NCBI RefSeq assembly: GCF_964204865.1
Contig: NC_135255.1
Location: 13,454,001 to 13,518,000 of the forward strand
Source: Styela clava
Taxonomy: Eukaryota
Reading direction: 5' to 3'
Length of the DNA stretch: 64,000 bases
A model generated the notes under the pieces. It worked only from the letters and a program-made list of their open reading frames with translations. It was not told where the DNA came from and did not search any database. Shown piece by piece: positions 1 through 12,548 of the stretch. Positions within the stretch are counted from its first letter, which is position 1. Every line of letters begins with the position of its first letter. Position numbers and translations under genes: made by a program.

Positions 1-493
1 TGCTGCCTATATATCAGAAAATTTAGTAATTACCCTTCTGTATCTCAAATTAGGTAAAATTCGGTAATCAGTCAATTTGCAGTTATTTGTAGGTTATTTT
101 GTAAATATGAGTTTGAAAAGAAAGCTGGTCAATTTAAAGAGATATTTGACTTAATATAGGAAGGAAAATACCACAATGTTTGCTTAAATATGTCTGCAAA
201 CTGTGTCGGTAACAATCTAAAACGGCATTTTCTCATTATGTCTCTTTATCCGTTATGAAGAGTTCGAAATATTATGCTAAATGTAGATATAGTAAGATTT
301 TTGCACGTTTTAGTGAGTTTTTTGGTGGTTGTTGCATGTTTCAGCTTGATAAATGACAAATAATGATCAATGTGATTTGAACAATAAAAGCGTTTGTTTT
401 GTACTGTTCAACTATTCTTGGCACTACTGTGACCCGCGAACATTACAAAAATATTAGTGTGGCCCGCGAGGCTGACAACTTTGGACCACCCTG
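1..493. mobile_element. Right end of a probable non-autonomous hAT (Charlie-like) element; other end outside the window
   Basis: Ends in ...ACTTTGGACCACCCTG (reverse complement CAGGGTGGTCCAAAGT) with subterminal GTGACCCGCG/GTGGCCCGCG motifs like those of the other hAT MITEs here. No TSD can be verified. Confidence 0.4.
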
Positions 494-497
494 TAGG

Positions 498-1202
498 CAT
501 CGATGTAATATATTGTGTATAATTTTGATGAATAGGGGTATCTTCAACAGGGGAGTACCCCAATTTATAAGTTTAAGTAGTTTTAGGCTCAAGGTGCGTG
601 ACAAACTTTATGTATTCCACTTTGATATAAAATAATAATATCACGTGCCTCTTGTGCGGAAAGGACATGCTATTAATCTTTGAAAATTCAACACTTTATC
701 GGTATACGTAATTTTGATAAATAGGGGCATCCTTGACAGGGAAGACCCCAATCTTTAGATTCGAGTATTTTTATAGGCTCAAAGTGTGTGACAAACTTTA
801 TTTATTCCACTTCGATATAGAATAATAAAATAGGACATGCTATTGTTCTTAGAAGTTTAACCTTTTTATAGGTATACGTAATTTTGATAAATACGGTCAT
901 CTTCTACAGGGAAAGGCGCAATTTCTAAGTTATAATTTTAGGTTCAAGGTGTGTGACAAACTTTACTTAATCTACTTTGATATAAAATAATAAAAACGCG
1001 TGCCTCTTGCGCGGAGACCATGCTATTAATCTTTGAAAGTTGCAATATTTAACAACTTATCGGCATAGGTAATTTTGATTAATAGGGGTATCTTCAAACA
1101 GGGAAAGATCCCAATTTCTAAGTTCGAGTAGCTCTATAGGTTCTAAGTGTGTGACAACTTTATATATTCCGATTTGACATAAAATCGCGTACCTCCTGTG
1201 CG
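498..1202. repeat. Tandem array of about 4 diverged 170-190 bp units
   Basis: AATTTTGATAAATAGGGG..ATCTT..ACAGGG....AAGGTGTGTGACAAACTTTA recurs at about 521, 711, 880 and 1071. Single copies recur at about 38990 and 58890. Confidence 0.85.
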
Positions 1203-4034
1203 GATACCGGTTTCATGTCATATTACCATTTTCAATGAGTTGCATTTACTTTTAAAAATCAGTTGAATAAAACAAATCAGCCGGTTCCGCGTTCATTATT
1301 TTGTTTCAGTTAGTATTGTATTATCTACCACTAGAGATTCTTGTATCGATACCCAACACCACTAAAATTTATGAGAATGTGATAGATACTTAGTTTATAC
1401 GCGTAGAACGGCGACGCTACATTTTGTGAACTGGTGAAACTGTCGTCGATTGTGTCGTGCAGTCCTATTCCCTAACTAAAGTGGAGCCCCAGTTTGAAGA
1501 GCCCTGTTCTAGACATTGACAGGGATAAACAAAGAGAAGGATATGGATAAATATCAAAACCTTATATCGACATAAAAACTGTTCTTTGACGGCCTTGTAT
1601 TTCTAAATCTGGACAAAATGTAAGGAAATCCAAGTTTGATAACAAAATGCAGACAAAGTTACGCAAATGTATTTATTAAAAAAAGTAATAATATGCCATC
1701 AAAAGCATTTTTGATTGCAGTGAGTGTCCAAGTGAAAAATGAAATACAGAAACGGGGCAAAGCAGTGACGGAAACATAAATAAAAAGACTGAAAAAATAA
1801 AAACTGCTGAAGATCAAAAAAAATCTTGGATCTTCTAAACTTCCAAATTTGCAGAAAATGAGATATTCTAGACAAGAATATTCTCACGAACTCGACAATA
1901 ATTGAGCATCATTCACAGGAACAAATCGTCTGCACAAAACTTTGGTTTAGGTCGGAAGGAATCATCCAGTTTCTTGACAATATTCTGGTGCAGAATTGAT
2001 CTTCACAAACACTTTCCATCAATTTGTTAAGGTTACACTTAAACTAAGCAAGTAGTCCTACAATACACCAAGTACTGCATAAAACAAAACAATATTAATT
2101 GGCATCTGCAAAGCCCATGAAGGAGCCGAGATGCGAAAATAACAGTTCATGTTTGTTGTAGAACGGGACCTACTGCAGTATTAAACAGTACTTACTGCAA
2201 GTTGAGAAGAACGGGTACTGCAGAATATTTGAATCGAAGATATAGCTGAAAAAAAATAAGTGGCAAAGATGTGTAGAAAAGATTAATGTTATGAGAGTTT
2301 TTTTTTATATTCTGCTCTATCGAAATGGAAGAAAAGTTTGATTAGAACAAATACAGGCAACCACCCTGCTATATTCTAAGGGCGCCCACTTCCAAATACC
2401 CTACTTCTATTTTCTGATGCAAAATATACTGTATATATACAAAAATGTAAAATATTGAGATGCTTAATATAGTAACAAAGATAACCAACCACTCTCACCT
2501 TTTTATTGCAAGAAATTAACTTGAGGAGTTTTGGGCAGAAGACATCCTGCATCCATCTGTAACCATGATGAACATCGAATCTTTTCCGGAATAAAATCTT
2601 CAGGTTTCGCATATGTTTTCAGAGTGGTGAGATACTGCAGTAACAGAGAAAACGTATATTAAAACAAATAAATCGTAACAACATTGTGTAAAATGGAAAG
2701 GAAAATAGAAAGAAGATTAACGAATCAAACAATCCACAATGTCAGTTCTTCTTGCGGTTTCAATACAAGACATGTTGAGTAATTTCCGAAGCAATCAAAA
2801 CACCTCCAACAGACAATGCAAGAGTGATTTCAAATATCTGAAGTTACTATAAACTTTATCTGCCTCTCTTAACACAATACTCTATCCTGTTGTTACTAAA
2901 CTGTTCTGATGAAGAGACTAAATACAAGTCGATATGAATATTTAACCTGAAGTTTTAGACTGGATGTTTCCTAAATATGCATGTTAATATTCGATAATAG
3001 GAAAAAAAAAAATACAGGAGCCCTAAGTCTGCTGAAACTATATTGAAATCAAATGAATATGAGTTTCTTATTACTTTATAATAGGACATTCCTAAAATAG
3101 TGTGAGAAAGAATTTTGAAAGAAAATTTCTTTATTTTTCTTCAGAATGCAAAATAATAGGAATGTCCATAGAATTCAGACACGACGAAGCCCGGGTTTCA
3201 GGGCTATAACATTCAGAAAACGCAATTTACTTCATTAAAATATTGTGAACAAATTGTACAAATTCAAAAAACTTGAAGATTCCAGACTTCAAAGTCAAAA
3301 ATAAAAGAATGACGAAATTCAAGCAAAGGAATAAATTAACAGTTTAAATGATTTGGTTTCTGCAGACGAACTACTTAACTTTTATGCTTTTGTGTCGGTG
3401 AATCCATATGCACTCAATGCAAGGATGCTGTAGTAAGAGTGAAGATAACTATCCTAGTGATTCAAAAGTCTTGATGCACACTAACAACTAAATATATTTC
3501 TATAACGTTTCGTCTGACATTGAACTTGAAACAATGATGACAGGCTTTCAAATCAAACTGAAATGCTAGTCTTTCAACCAGCAAGATTATTAAAACTTCT
3601 GGTGTATCACTAGCAAAACAAAGCAGTTTTACAATCCAACACTCTGACTCTTGATTCATTGAAATAAGAAAGTGCATCTGATTTCAGTATTAGTTTAAGA
3701 GAATGAACATTTAACTGTGGCAAATACAAGACACATTCAAAAATCTCATTCTATTAAAGCTGGAAATTTTCTACCTGCATCTTAAGGACATCTGAAATTA
3801 AAACTCCCATAATGGCTAGTTAATCTGAAAGTATGAAAATATGACCCACAAAAAACTTTAAAATGAATGCAATCAAAATAAATCGATTTTACATACATTT
3901 GCAAGAAGCCACATGGTCTCAATTTTTGTATGAAATTATCACTTTACAAATATAACAACTTTCTAATTGCACTCACCTGTTGCCCAGGAAACAAAGTTAA
4001 AACATTTTACCAGTTAAGAAAAATTTATATTTAC

Positions 4035-7000
4035 ATCAGTCCACAGCTCACGAGAATACGGTACTGCATCCACAGACCGCCGGGACAGATGTATTGCCTA
4101 AAATAGGGATTATTTTCAATAAACATAATTGTCACTTTGTCAATTTCACAAAATCAAAACTTGATACCCGTACCTTTGATATTCTTCCACGAGAGAAAAG
4201 TGACGAGACTGATCTAGATCATTTTGTGAAAAAAAAAAAAAAATTTTTTAAGTTCCCTCATGAAACTTTTATAAATCAATTACAAAAAGGATTTAAACAT
4301 TTAACATCTAAATACTTAGATTTACATACAACTCGTAAGAAAACATGTTGATTACCATAAAACTTGAATAGCAAATATATCAAATATCATTCAAAAAAGA
4401 TTATTCAAGATTTACTACATTTTCCATATCATCATGTTTTGACAAAATGTAGTTGAAGTTATCTTCCATAATATGGAAACGTTTGTTGAGTAATCCCCAA
4501 AACTGAGAAAATGTCGGCAAGCCCTGGAATATAAAAATATATTCCATAAAATTTGGAATATCTGAGTTAATGTTCCCGAAACCTTGATCTAAAATCCAGA
4601 TGAAAGTACAGTCGAAATTGAAAAACCAAACAAGTATTATTTTTCCATTACAAGATAATTTACAAAGACTGTGTATATCAAATACTAATTCTAAATGCCC
4701 ATGGAGTACGCTAAAGCTGAAATGTTTCTACAATTACATTTCCAAATTTGGTATACCCTAATGGTCCCTTGTTTGATTGAAAAAATGGTGTTAAAGAAAC
4801 CCTTTTACTTGAATATAAATTCAAAAAATCACCAAATCAAATACAAATATTTATAAACTTATTTAAATAGTCGTTGCATACTAGTTGGTGCTCCCGAAGT
4901 ATGTGAACCAAAATAGCAGACACCGGTACGTAGTACGTGTACTAGGTTAGGCCATATTTTTATGCCAATTTTCCTTATTTTAGTTCTACTACGAGTTCAG
5001 GGACTAGGCAAGTGACTCCTATACTATGTACCTGAAATTGTGGCCTAGCCCTAACCTGGTACACATACTACGCTCGAGTGTTTGCCATTTTGATTCACAT
5101 ACTACAGGAGTACCTACTAGTTTACCTTCCAACAAATCACCATTTATCCACTTACCTCAATAACAGTGGAACATTATACGGCATCAGATCAGTAAGAAAA
5201 TTATAAGCAGTTGATATGTGTTGCCTTGTATGAAAGCATGATAAGTAGATAGACGCAACCTGTAGTTTATAAAATACTAAACTCAATATCATCATGTAAA
5301 TACTGTCATTATCAAAAATCGTTCGGTCTACGCATTATTACATTTTATATTCAAAATATTCAGTATCCTAAATGAGTTTATTATCATTAAGCAAAAAAGA
5401 AAATTCACAAAAATCTTTATTATTCCGAGAATTAGACATAAACATCTATAAAAAATAAAAGGATATGAATTTTAATAAACAACTGTACACTTACTATTAT
5501 TATGTATCATGTTAGAATCTAGTAACCTAGAGTACATCATCGCCAATAAGTTCACATTATATTTCTACCTGATTATGAAATGTGTAGTCATAAAATCTGG
5601 CATCAGAGCTGAGCAATTCATCAATGGCTAAATCTGGAGAACAAGTTGTTATGCATCGACGAATAACTGCAGTAAAATTCTTTAGCCATATTTGACGCAT
5701 TTTTACAGTTATTGTCGTTGGTTCGACTAGTTTTGAAGCAAGATGCTGACGATATAGAAGATATCTGTAAAGAAAATTTGATATAAAAAATGGACTCGGG
5801 ATATTTTTTTTTCTAAATGAGAGATGCTTTGACCATTTATGTAGTAGTAGTACTTACATATTTATCCTGGAGGAGAGAAAAGAATGGAAATGGAACGCTT
5901 AGCACAATGCCACTGGATATCATCAAGATGTCAAAGGTGACGTGACAATTGAAATTTTAAGAAGTCGCTTAGACAATTTTTAATTCAAGATTTTCAGGCA
6001 TGGCTGGAAACATTATCTAGCAATTGATTAGTTTTTTCGTTGTCTCCAAAACTTGGGTACAAATTAAACAACTGAATGATTATTTTGTCTTCCAAAAAGT
6101 TTTAATTCAGTTACAAGGATCAAAAATGAATCCTGAGAAGAGAAACTAAAATTAGCTATCAATACTTTTGGATTTTACAATGATGGTATCAAGAAGTATC
6201 CAAATAAGTATTTCGAGGAAAATGAATTATTTGAATATTTTTTATTATTAAAAAAATTTGCGAATCTGATTATAAAGTCCCACCTTAGCCATATTTGTCT
6301 TCTATCATTTTCATCACCCACATCCACAATTGCCTTTTCATAATAATCCAGTATAACGTTGACAGATTCGCTGGATAAATCGAGAATTACACTGAAAAGA
6401 ACATGATACACCATAAAGCATTGTTCAAAAATGAATAGAATCCAAATAGGAATTCCATTACAATTTCCGTAATCACAAACATTGATTGAGTGGCACATCA
6501 GAATATTTCTGGATCTACAGGGTGTCCATAAAGTCCCTTTATATTTTCAATTTTGTTACGAAGTCAGGTCTAAATATATCTTAACCAGGTTTGTTGTTTT
6601 TTATTCAGTGAATTCAAAAGTGTTTTTACTTCATCGATCTCGATAAGTATGTTGATAGGTATTTGTTGGTTTGTTTGTCTATCAGACACTTTCGTATGTT
6701 ACGCAATATCTCACGAAAGCGAGGTTGAATCTACTCCAAATTTTGCATGTGCATTCATCATATATCGGACCAGAAGCCTATTGATTTTGGATGAATTATG
6801 TCGTATAATTAGCGAGTTATTAATTAATAAGTGATGGGACATGCAGTGTCGCTATTTAGTCAGAGCGAAGGAATCGAAACCGCAGAGACGGTCTCCGATT
6901 GCTAGCTAGTTTAATACATCTGTAAGGGCCGAAACAATATATGACATCGATAAATACCATTTGCAATATTAAAAAAAATTGAGACACCCAATATATCTTA

Positions 7001-10000
7001 ACACTCATAATTTCAACACCCTTGATCTATTTCACTTACATGTAAATCACCCATAAATATGCTTTGTTCTTCCCAACAATTTTCCAACTAATTTCCGGTA
7101 AAAGAGAAAGATGTTTGTCAGTTAATGAATCCGATAATCTCAATAAGTAGTGAAATAATTTCCTCAATTCTGATAAATTAATCACATCTATATCTGAAAA
7201 AGAAACCAAAATGAAGCTAAAATTGAGAACCTAATATTAATATTAAAATCTACTACAGGGTGGTGGCTAGAAAAACAGTACCAACCTAAAACAACCAAGA
7301 ACCTAAAAGAAAACACACATTTTATTTGTGGTGTCATGTGACCTTCAAATTTTCTGCTTTTTTATCGACCACCCTGGTGTATTTCACATGGTGAATCTTG
7401 ATTTTATAAAAACTACAAAACTTTTACCTATTTTCAAATAAGCTGAAGCACAAGTTTCAAAATACAGAAGTGCAGCATCAATGTCCGATGATTCTTGATT
7501 CAATTGAAACAAAGCTGCTTCATAACAAAGTTTTGCATCAGATGGATTTTCTGTCACAGCTTCTTCAAACACCTTCAAAAAAGTAATACTAAATAGAAGA
7601 AGATCTTCTTGCCTGTTTGTCCTATCCATGACTGTTATAATATCCCATTAAAAATAAGTATGCATCAACGATTTGACTTTTCTCATTTATTACCACAAGA
7701 AAAATAATTTTTTTAAAACTTAACATAATAATTTTGATATTTCAGTGCCTTTTTTATGCTTTTAATGGCTCAGTTATAGTTACATAGTTTATAGCTTTTT
7801 CAAGCTGCAGAATAACATTTCAAACGCCCAAATATCTGTTTTTCAGGCACTTCGTCATTTTCTCACACAATACATTTTGACAACAATACCAAACGCGCAG
7901 AAATTTCACAGTCAAATAGCATGGGAAACAAGTTTTTTGCAATTTCCCATGGCAATTCAAACTACTTCATGACAAAAATAGTACTTTTTTAGCCATTCAA
8001 ATTTAATGAATGGAAACATTCCAACCTCTGAAAGCTAAACGAATGCAACAATTCAATATAAATACTTTGCTTGCTACAGTAGTACAGTAGGCTGCTTAAT
8101 GCAGTAGGTTGGCATGCATAGATGTATTTGCCTCAACTTTATAAATAACAAATAGTAAGATAGAAGTTTCATTGAAATGGAATTGCAACTTGATTAATTT
8201 TAGACAGAAATGTATGCTAGACTGCATTTGAGTTTCAATTCTAATATTTGCTTTAAACAGGCGTTAAATATGAGTAAGGGTATACTATATTGTATGTTTT
8301 TGAGCATTCAATTGCTCGTCAACCAAGTATATTGCAATCAAAGAATTTGCATGCAAATTGAAAATGTCAATACAGAAGAAACGTACCCAATTCCACCACA
8401 ACGAAGTTCACAGGGTGTTCCGGGCAAACGAGGGCCACCTGGTGAAATTGGCCCGAAAGGATCACAGGGGCCCAGAGGACCAATAGGAATTGTTGATTAT
8501 GAAAGAATTGATGCAGCAATAGAATCAGGTAATTTAAATTAATATTGGCCGTAAGCATCAGTGGGGCTTGTACAAAGCCTTGTTTGAAGTGGAAGATCTT
8601 GCAAAAATTACAGATTTTCGTATATAAGAATATATTGAAGTTTACTTCTTATTGTATATATATATATAGTTTACATCTTTTTAAATGATGATATAATGAC
8701 TGTCTGTATGAATGGACTTGGTATAGACAAAACTTAATAATGGGGTTTGTGCAGAACATCCAAGTATGTTATGTTGTGGACTTTATTCACTCATTCATTG
8801 GTAAAATTAAAACCTTTTATCACTAATTTTGATGCTTTTATAAAATTTAGTTTGTTTGATTTGTATTATTACTTCAGCGACCCATACTTTTATATTTAAC
8901 CCATTGCAGCGATAAATGATCTGCGGACAGAAACGGAAGAGAAGATGAATGAAAATATGAATGATCTTCAGCAGAGAATGGGTAATATTTACTAATCTAT
9001 CAATTATGTAAAACTGTTTTGTTAACATTACATGATGGATTTTTTGTCAAAGAGTTTTGTCTCAAACATAAAATTAAATGCAAACTAGAAACAAATGAGA
9101 TTCAGAATCGAGAATTTCCAACATGAATATAAATTATTTTCAAACCGAGATAATTAAATTATTCATTTTCTAAATATAATAGGCAACTGCGAAGTCTTTT
9201 ACAAGAATACTTGTTATCGGATGATACTTCGCGAAACCCAAATGAATTTTGACCGAGCAACACAAGCATGTAGAGATATTGGGATGAATATTGGATACAT
9301 TCAAGATGAAACACATTATCAGAAAATAGCAGAGTTAGTCAGATCAAAATCAACATCATCTGTGACAGGATACTGGACAGGTCTATTGTACAAAAACTCA
9401 GTGAGTATTTAAATTTGATTCATAACGAATATGGTGAACCAGCAAATATTTATCATTTCTATCACATTAAATTATCATTGACTTATCTCGGATTAGGCTC
9501 AGAGCATAGTGCCAAGCATTAGGAATACACTTGCCACAACACCTCTGATTACCCTGCGTGGGTTGGATGGTCCGATCCTGTGTGGGATAACTATGTACAA
9601 GATAATTGCTGGATTCCTCGCTTCCATAGGGTGGTTCACATAACTGCTGGTCAGTTACAGCTTCCTTCACTGTCAAGTTCATGCATCAGAAAACTGGCCA
9701 ACTAACCCCATACCCAACATGTCTGGTACCCGTACAAGAGGCTGCGGTTCCCCATATCAATATTAAGTCGCCTTATCGCCTCACCCTTAATACATATGTA
9801 ACTCCTATCCTATCTATTTCAGCAACTTGTGACACTTTCTGGAAATCCATCACCATTCCCTAAATGGTATCCGAGTAAACCCAATAGTGATGAGCAATAC
9901 AAAAATGTGTACATTTGGGTCCAGAAAGATACAGGAAGTGTATACCACGGCATGGATAACTACATTCCAACAGCCACACAACCTGGAGTGTTATGTCAAA

Positions 10001-12488
10001 TCAAGTATACTTAAGATCATATTAACAAGCATTGTCTACAGATTTCTTATTTGTTAACTTCTCCGATCACACAATACTACAATGCTAGTTATATTGTCAA
10101 TATTCAAATAACGTAAATTGTATCGTGCACCTGATTACAGAATTCCATTTTTTATTATTTTTTCATGATTTGATTATAATCTTGCTTGATATCAATCACA
10201 TATCAAATGAATATGGTCAAAATTAATATTGTTTTTTTTTGGTACTGGCAACAAATATATAAATAATACGAAATTAAAATAGTATGGTCGGAATAAAAGA
10301 AAGAGATGAGAGAAGCATATTTGATTTTTAAAGTACGGTAGTAGTTTTGCGGAAAACATCAAATTTTCATTTCAAGGCAGTCGAAGGATTAATTGACTAA
10401 TTAATTGATTAATTTCAATAATATACCTGTGTGGCAGATAAGCTGTCGCCCTTCTTCACCAAAACATCTGCCCATGTTATAGAAATATCAGTCACTCCCT
10501 TTTTGATCTGGGTTATCGTTTCCTCATTTATTGACAGTTTTTGTATCGCATTAGTCATAGTTTTACACAAAAACCTGTAAAACCAGGAAACTCATTCAAA
10601 CTCATTGAAAACTCATTCAAACTTTTCCTCTCATTTCTAGAATCTTATTATTTTCAGGAACAAATTATTAAAGTTACAGAATTTCTGACATTACATTTTG
10701 ATGAATATGGAATAAAAATTTACATTTAGTTTTGAATTTGCGATAATCTTTAGAATAGAAAGACATAAATCAGAATGATATGTTTTACTTTTTAATGTAT
10801 ATATACTATGTAAATAAAAGCATTCAGTTAATCAGTTGTTTTATTCGTCGATATTGGGCTGATTGGCCATTGTGAAGAAACCAAATACAACGAAGATCAC
10901 ATCATGGGGGATGCAACATAGAATTCAATGATAGAAATGAACGGGTTGTAAAGTACTGGTTAGGATGACAATCAATAGAAGTAAAAAAGAGAATTCCCAA
11001 TTCTTACTTGCAACTATTAGCAGCGTTGTCCCATTTTTGCTGAGATATTTCCAATCGCAATCTTTCCCGAAGTAACTGTAGAGCTGATAATAGATCTTCA
11101 GTTGATGAAGAATCCTTGATAGCAACTGAATCAAACATATAGTAAAATTAAGAATAACTTTGAAAAATTAGAAAATACAAACGACAGAACTGCCCAAATG
11201 AGCGAAGCCATTGAAGAAATCATATATTTCAAATTTATTAAAAAATTAGTTGTGAACGATTATTCACAATATTTCATTACAGCAATGAGATGATGCCTAG
11301 TTTAGGTCGTAATTGTAATTATATCGATTCATACCCTACAGACAGAACAGAAGATATATGGCCTATTTAACTCATGATGACGTCACAAATATAAAAAAAC
11401 TAGTAAAAACAATGTTTATGCTATTCCTAATATTTTCAAATTTTATATGTGTAAATTTTTTCATCTTATCAAACGAAAAAATTCAAAAATAATTTCATGA
11501 TGTATTTGGAATGATAAATTATTTAATTTGGCCACCCCTGACCCGTACCATTATCTGAGTGAACAGGTCATAAAGCGTTGAGAATCACCCCTAATGGGCA
11601 GATTTGATAGTCCATTAGGCTACTCACCGTCAAGGTCAGCATGCAGGTTAGAATAGAAACTTTCGTCACATTTATTCCTTGAATTAAAGTCAAGCTGAAC
11701 TTCTAATCCTGGATAAACTTTGATCCCGAGATAATTTCGAGCATTGCATGCAGAGCTAAAAAGTGACAAATAAATGATATGTTTTTCTGCTCAATATAGA
11801 AATTTGACTCACTCACAAATTCAAATTAATTATGAGAATTACGGATTCAGGTATTTATTTTCAATGAGAAAACAAGGACAAGGGAGTGCTGCTTTGAGAG
11901 CAATAAGATAGAATGTTTCATATTTGATAGGATATTGTGGAGGAAAAAACAATAAAATAGCTTAATAACCACATTACACACCAAAACATATCCTATTATT
12001 CGATTGCTAGTCTACATTAGGTATGGGGAAAAGGTAACCAATTGATTATTTGAAATAGATAATGTGGATGTGGATAAAACTTGGCATTTTTGGACGCTCA
12101 CTCGCAACTTCCGCTGCCTACAACGCCCTGTACAGGTAGCAATTGGGAACTCACTCAAACCCAATCAAAATTTATGAAGCTACTGCTATTCGAACGACCC
12201 CGGATCTTCCCAGTTAGGCATTGCATTTTTATAATACCTTGGGTGAGGTGGGACTTATGGGGCATTAACCCAAGATGTTTAATAATATTAAAGTAAACAT
12301 AAAACTCAATTTTTGTTACATTACCTTATATTTGGAAAAAAGCACTGTGGAAGAGTATTGAAATGCACGACGTTTAAATATGCCAACCAAAGATGATTAA
12401 GATCAGTCAACGTCAAACATCTATTCAAAGAAGATGTAGAAAAGGTGGGAAACTTTTGACATTGTGGAGAGAATTCTTTTACTGTTAC
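4035..12488 (-). CDS. ZFC3H1: ZFC3H1-like (PAXT adaptor) C-terminal HAT/TPR region, copy 1; 12 in-phase exons, about 491 open codons, 5' part missing
   Basis: GT-AG exons 12488-12325, 11755-11628, 11125-11008, 10574-10427, 7572-7428, 7193-7040, 6391-6284, 5764-5569, 5259-5156, 4523-4419, 4213-4174, 4097-4035 join in frame without stops. Motifs match recalled vertebrate ZFC3H1 in order: LWLAYLNVVHFNTLP~LAWLAYIHLIEFNILP; VFEEAVTENP~VWLTAFEKNP; LFHYLL..AYLWVIY~LFRYLL..PYLWLIY; FTAVIRRCITT..DYTFHNQVASIYLSC..LMPYN~FTDLVNRCLVT..NYEFHNRVIFFYLSC..VMPAN; RRSVDAVPYSRELWTD~QRALQKLPLCASLWKD. Confidence 0.75.
4880..5121. mobile_element. Palindromic MITE (copy at 21194-21441)
   Basis: Long imperfect TIRs ACTAGTTGGTGCTCCCGAAGTATGTGAACCAAAAT ... 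ATTTTGATTCACATACTACAGGAGTACCTACTAGT, with internal GGTTAGG/CCTAACC. Lies in an intron of the ZFC3H1-like gene. Confidence 0.7.
6630..6910 (+). mobile_element. Non-autonomous Helitron/Helentron-like repeat (copy about 30580-30860)
   Basis: 5' GTTT/GTCT microsatellite, 3' GAGAC-G-GTCTC palindrome followed by terminal CTAG|T. Confidence 0.45.
8057..8154 (+). promoter_or_regulatory. Putative TATA box and non-coding first exon of collectin gene 1
   Basis: TATAAATA at 8057, donor GTAAGA at 8155, acceptor AAACAG before 8261. The same arrangement precedes all five exon-1 copies (donor GTAAGT at about 42872). Confidence 0.5.
8270..10014 (+). CDS. Mini-collectin 1 (signal peptide, short collagen, neck, C-type lectin domain), intact, 246 aa
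   Basis: Exons 8270-8528, 8910-8981, 9183-9400, 9823-10014 (phases 1,1,0) give 741 nt in frame. Hydrophobic N-terminus; GVPGKRGPPGEIGPKGSQGPRGPIG; heptad neck; C..CY..F..A..AC..YWTGL..W.P.KPN..GVLCQ. Confidence 0.9.
9495..9790 (+). mobile_element. tRNA-derived SINE-like repeat in collectin intron 3
   Basis: Family members elsewhere show B-box-like GTTCGAATC/GGTTTGAATCC and a shared core CCATAGGGTGGTTCAC. Orthologous intronic copies at about 33492, 39676, 44250, 50355, 55413, 59574 and 63878. Independent copies at 42258-42403 (-) and 46215-46435. Confidence 0.6.
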
Positions 12489-12548
12489 CTGTAGAAATGT
12501 TTTCGAATGTTAGAGGAACAAAAGTCGTAAAATAAGGTCAGTCTAGAT

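Noticed and set aside
498-1202. CRISPR-like or coding repeat array
   Set aside because: The units are long and diverged with no unique spacers, and the context is eukaryotic.
7384-7629. ORF MDRTNRQ... as the start of a head-to-head gene sharing the collectin promoter
   Set aside because: The N-terminal 19 codons are frameshifted in copy 2. A good acceptor at 7573 joins in phase to the 10427 exon, so the ATG is intronic.
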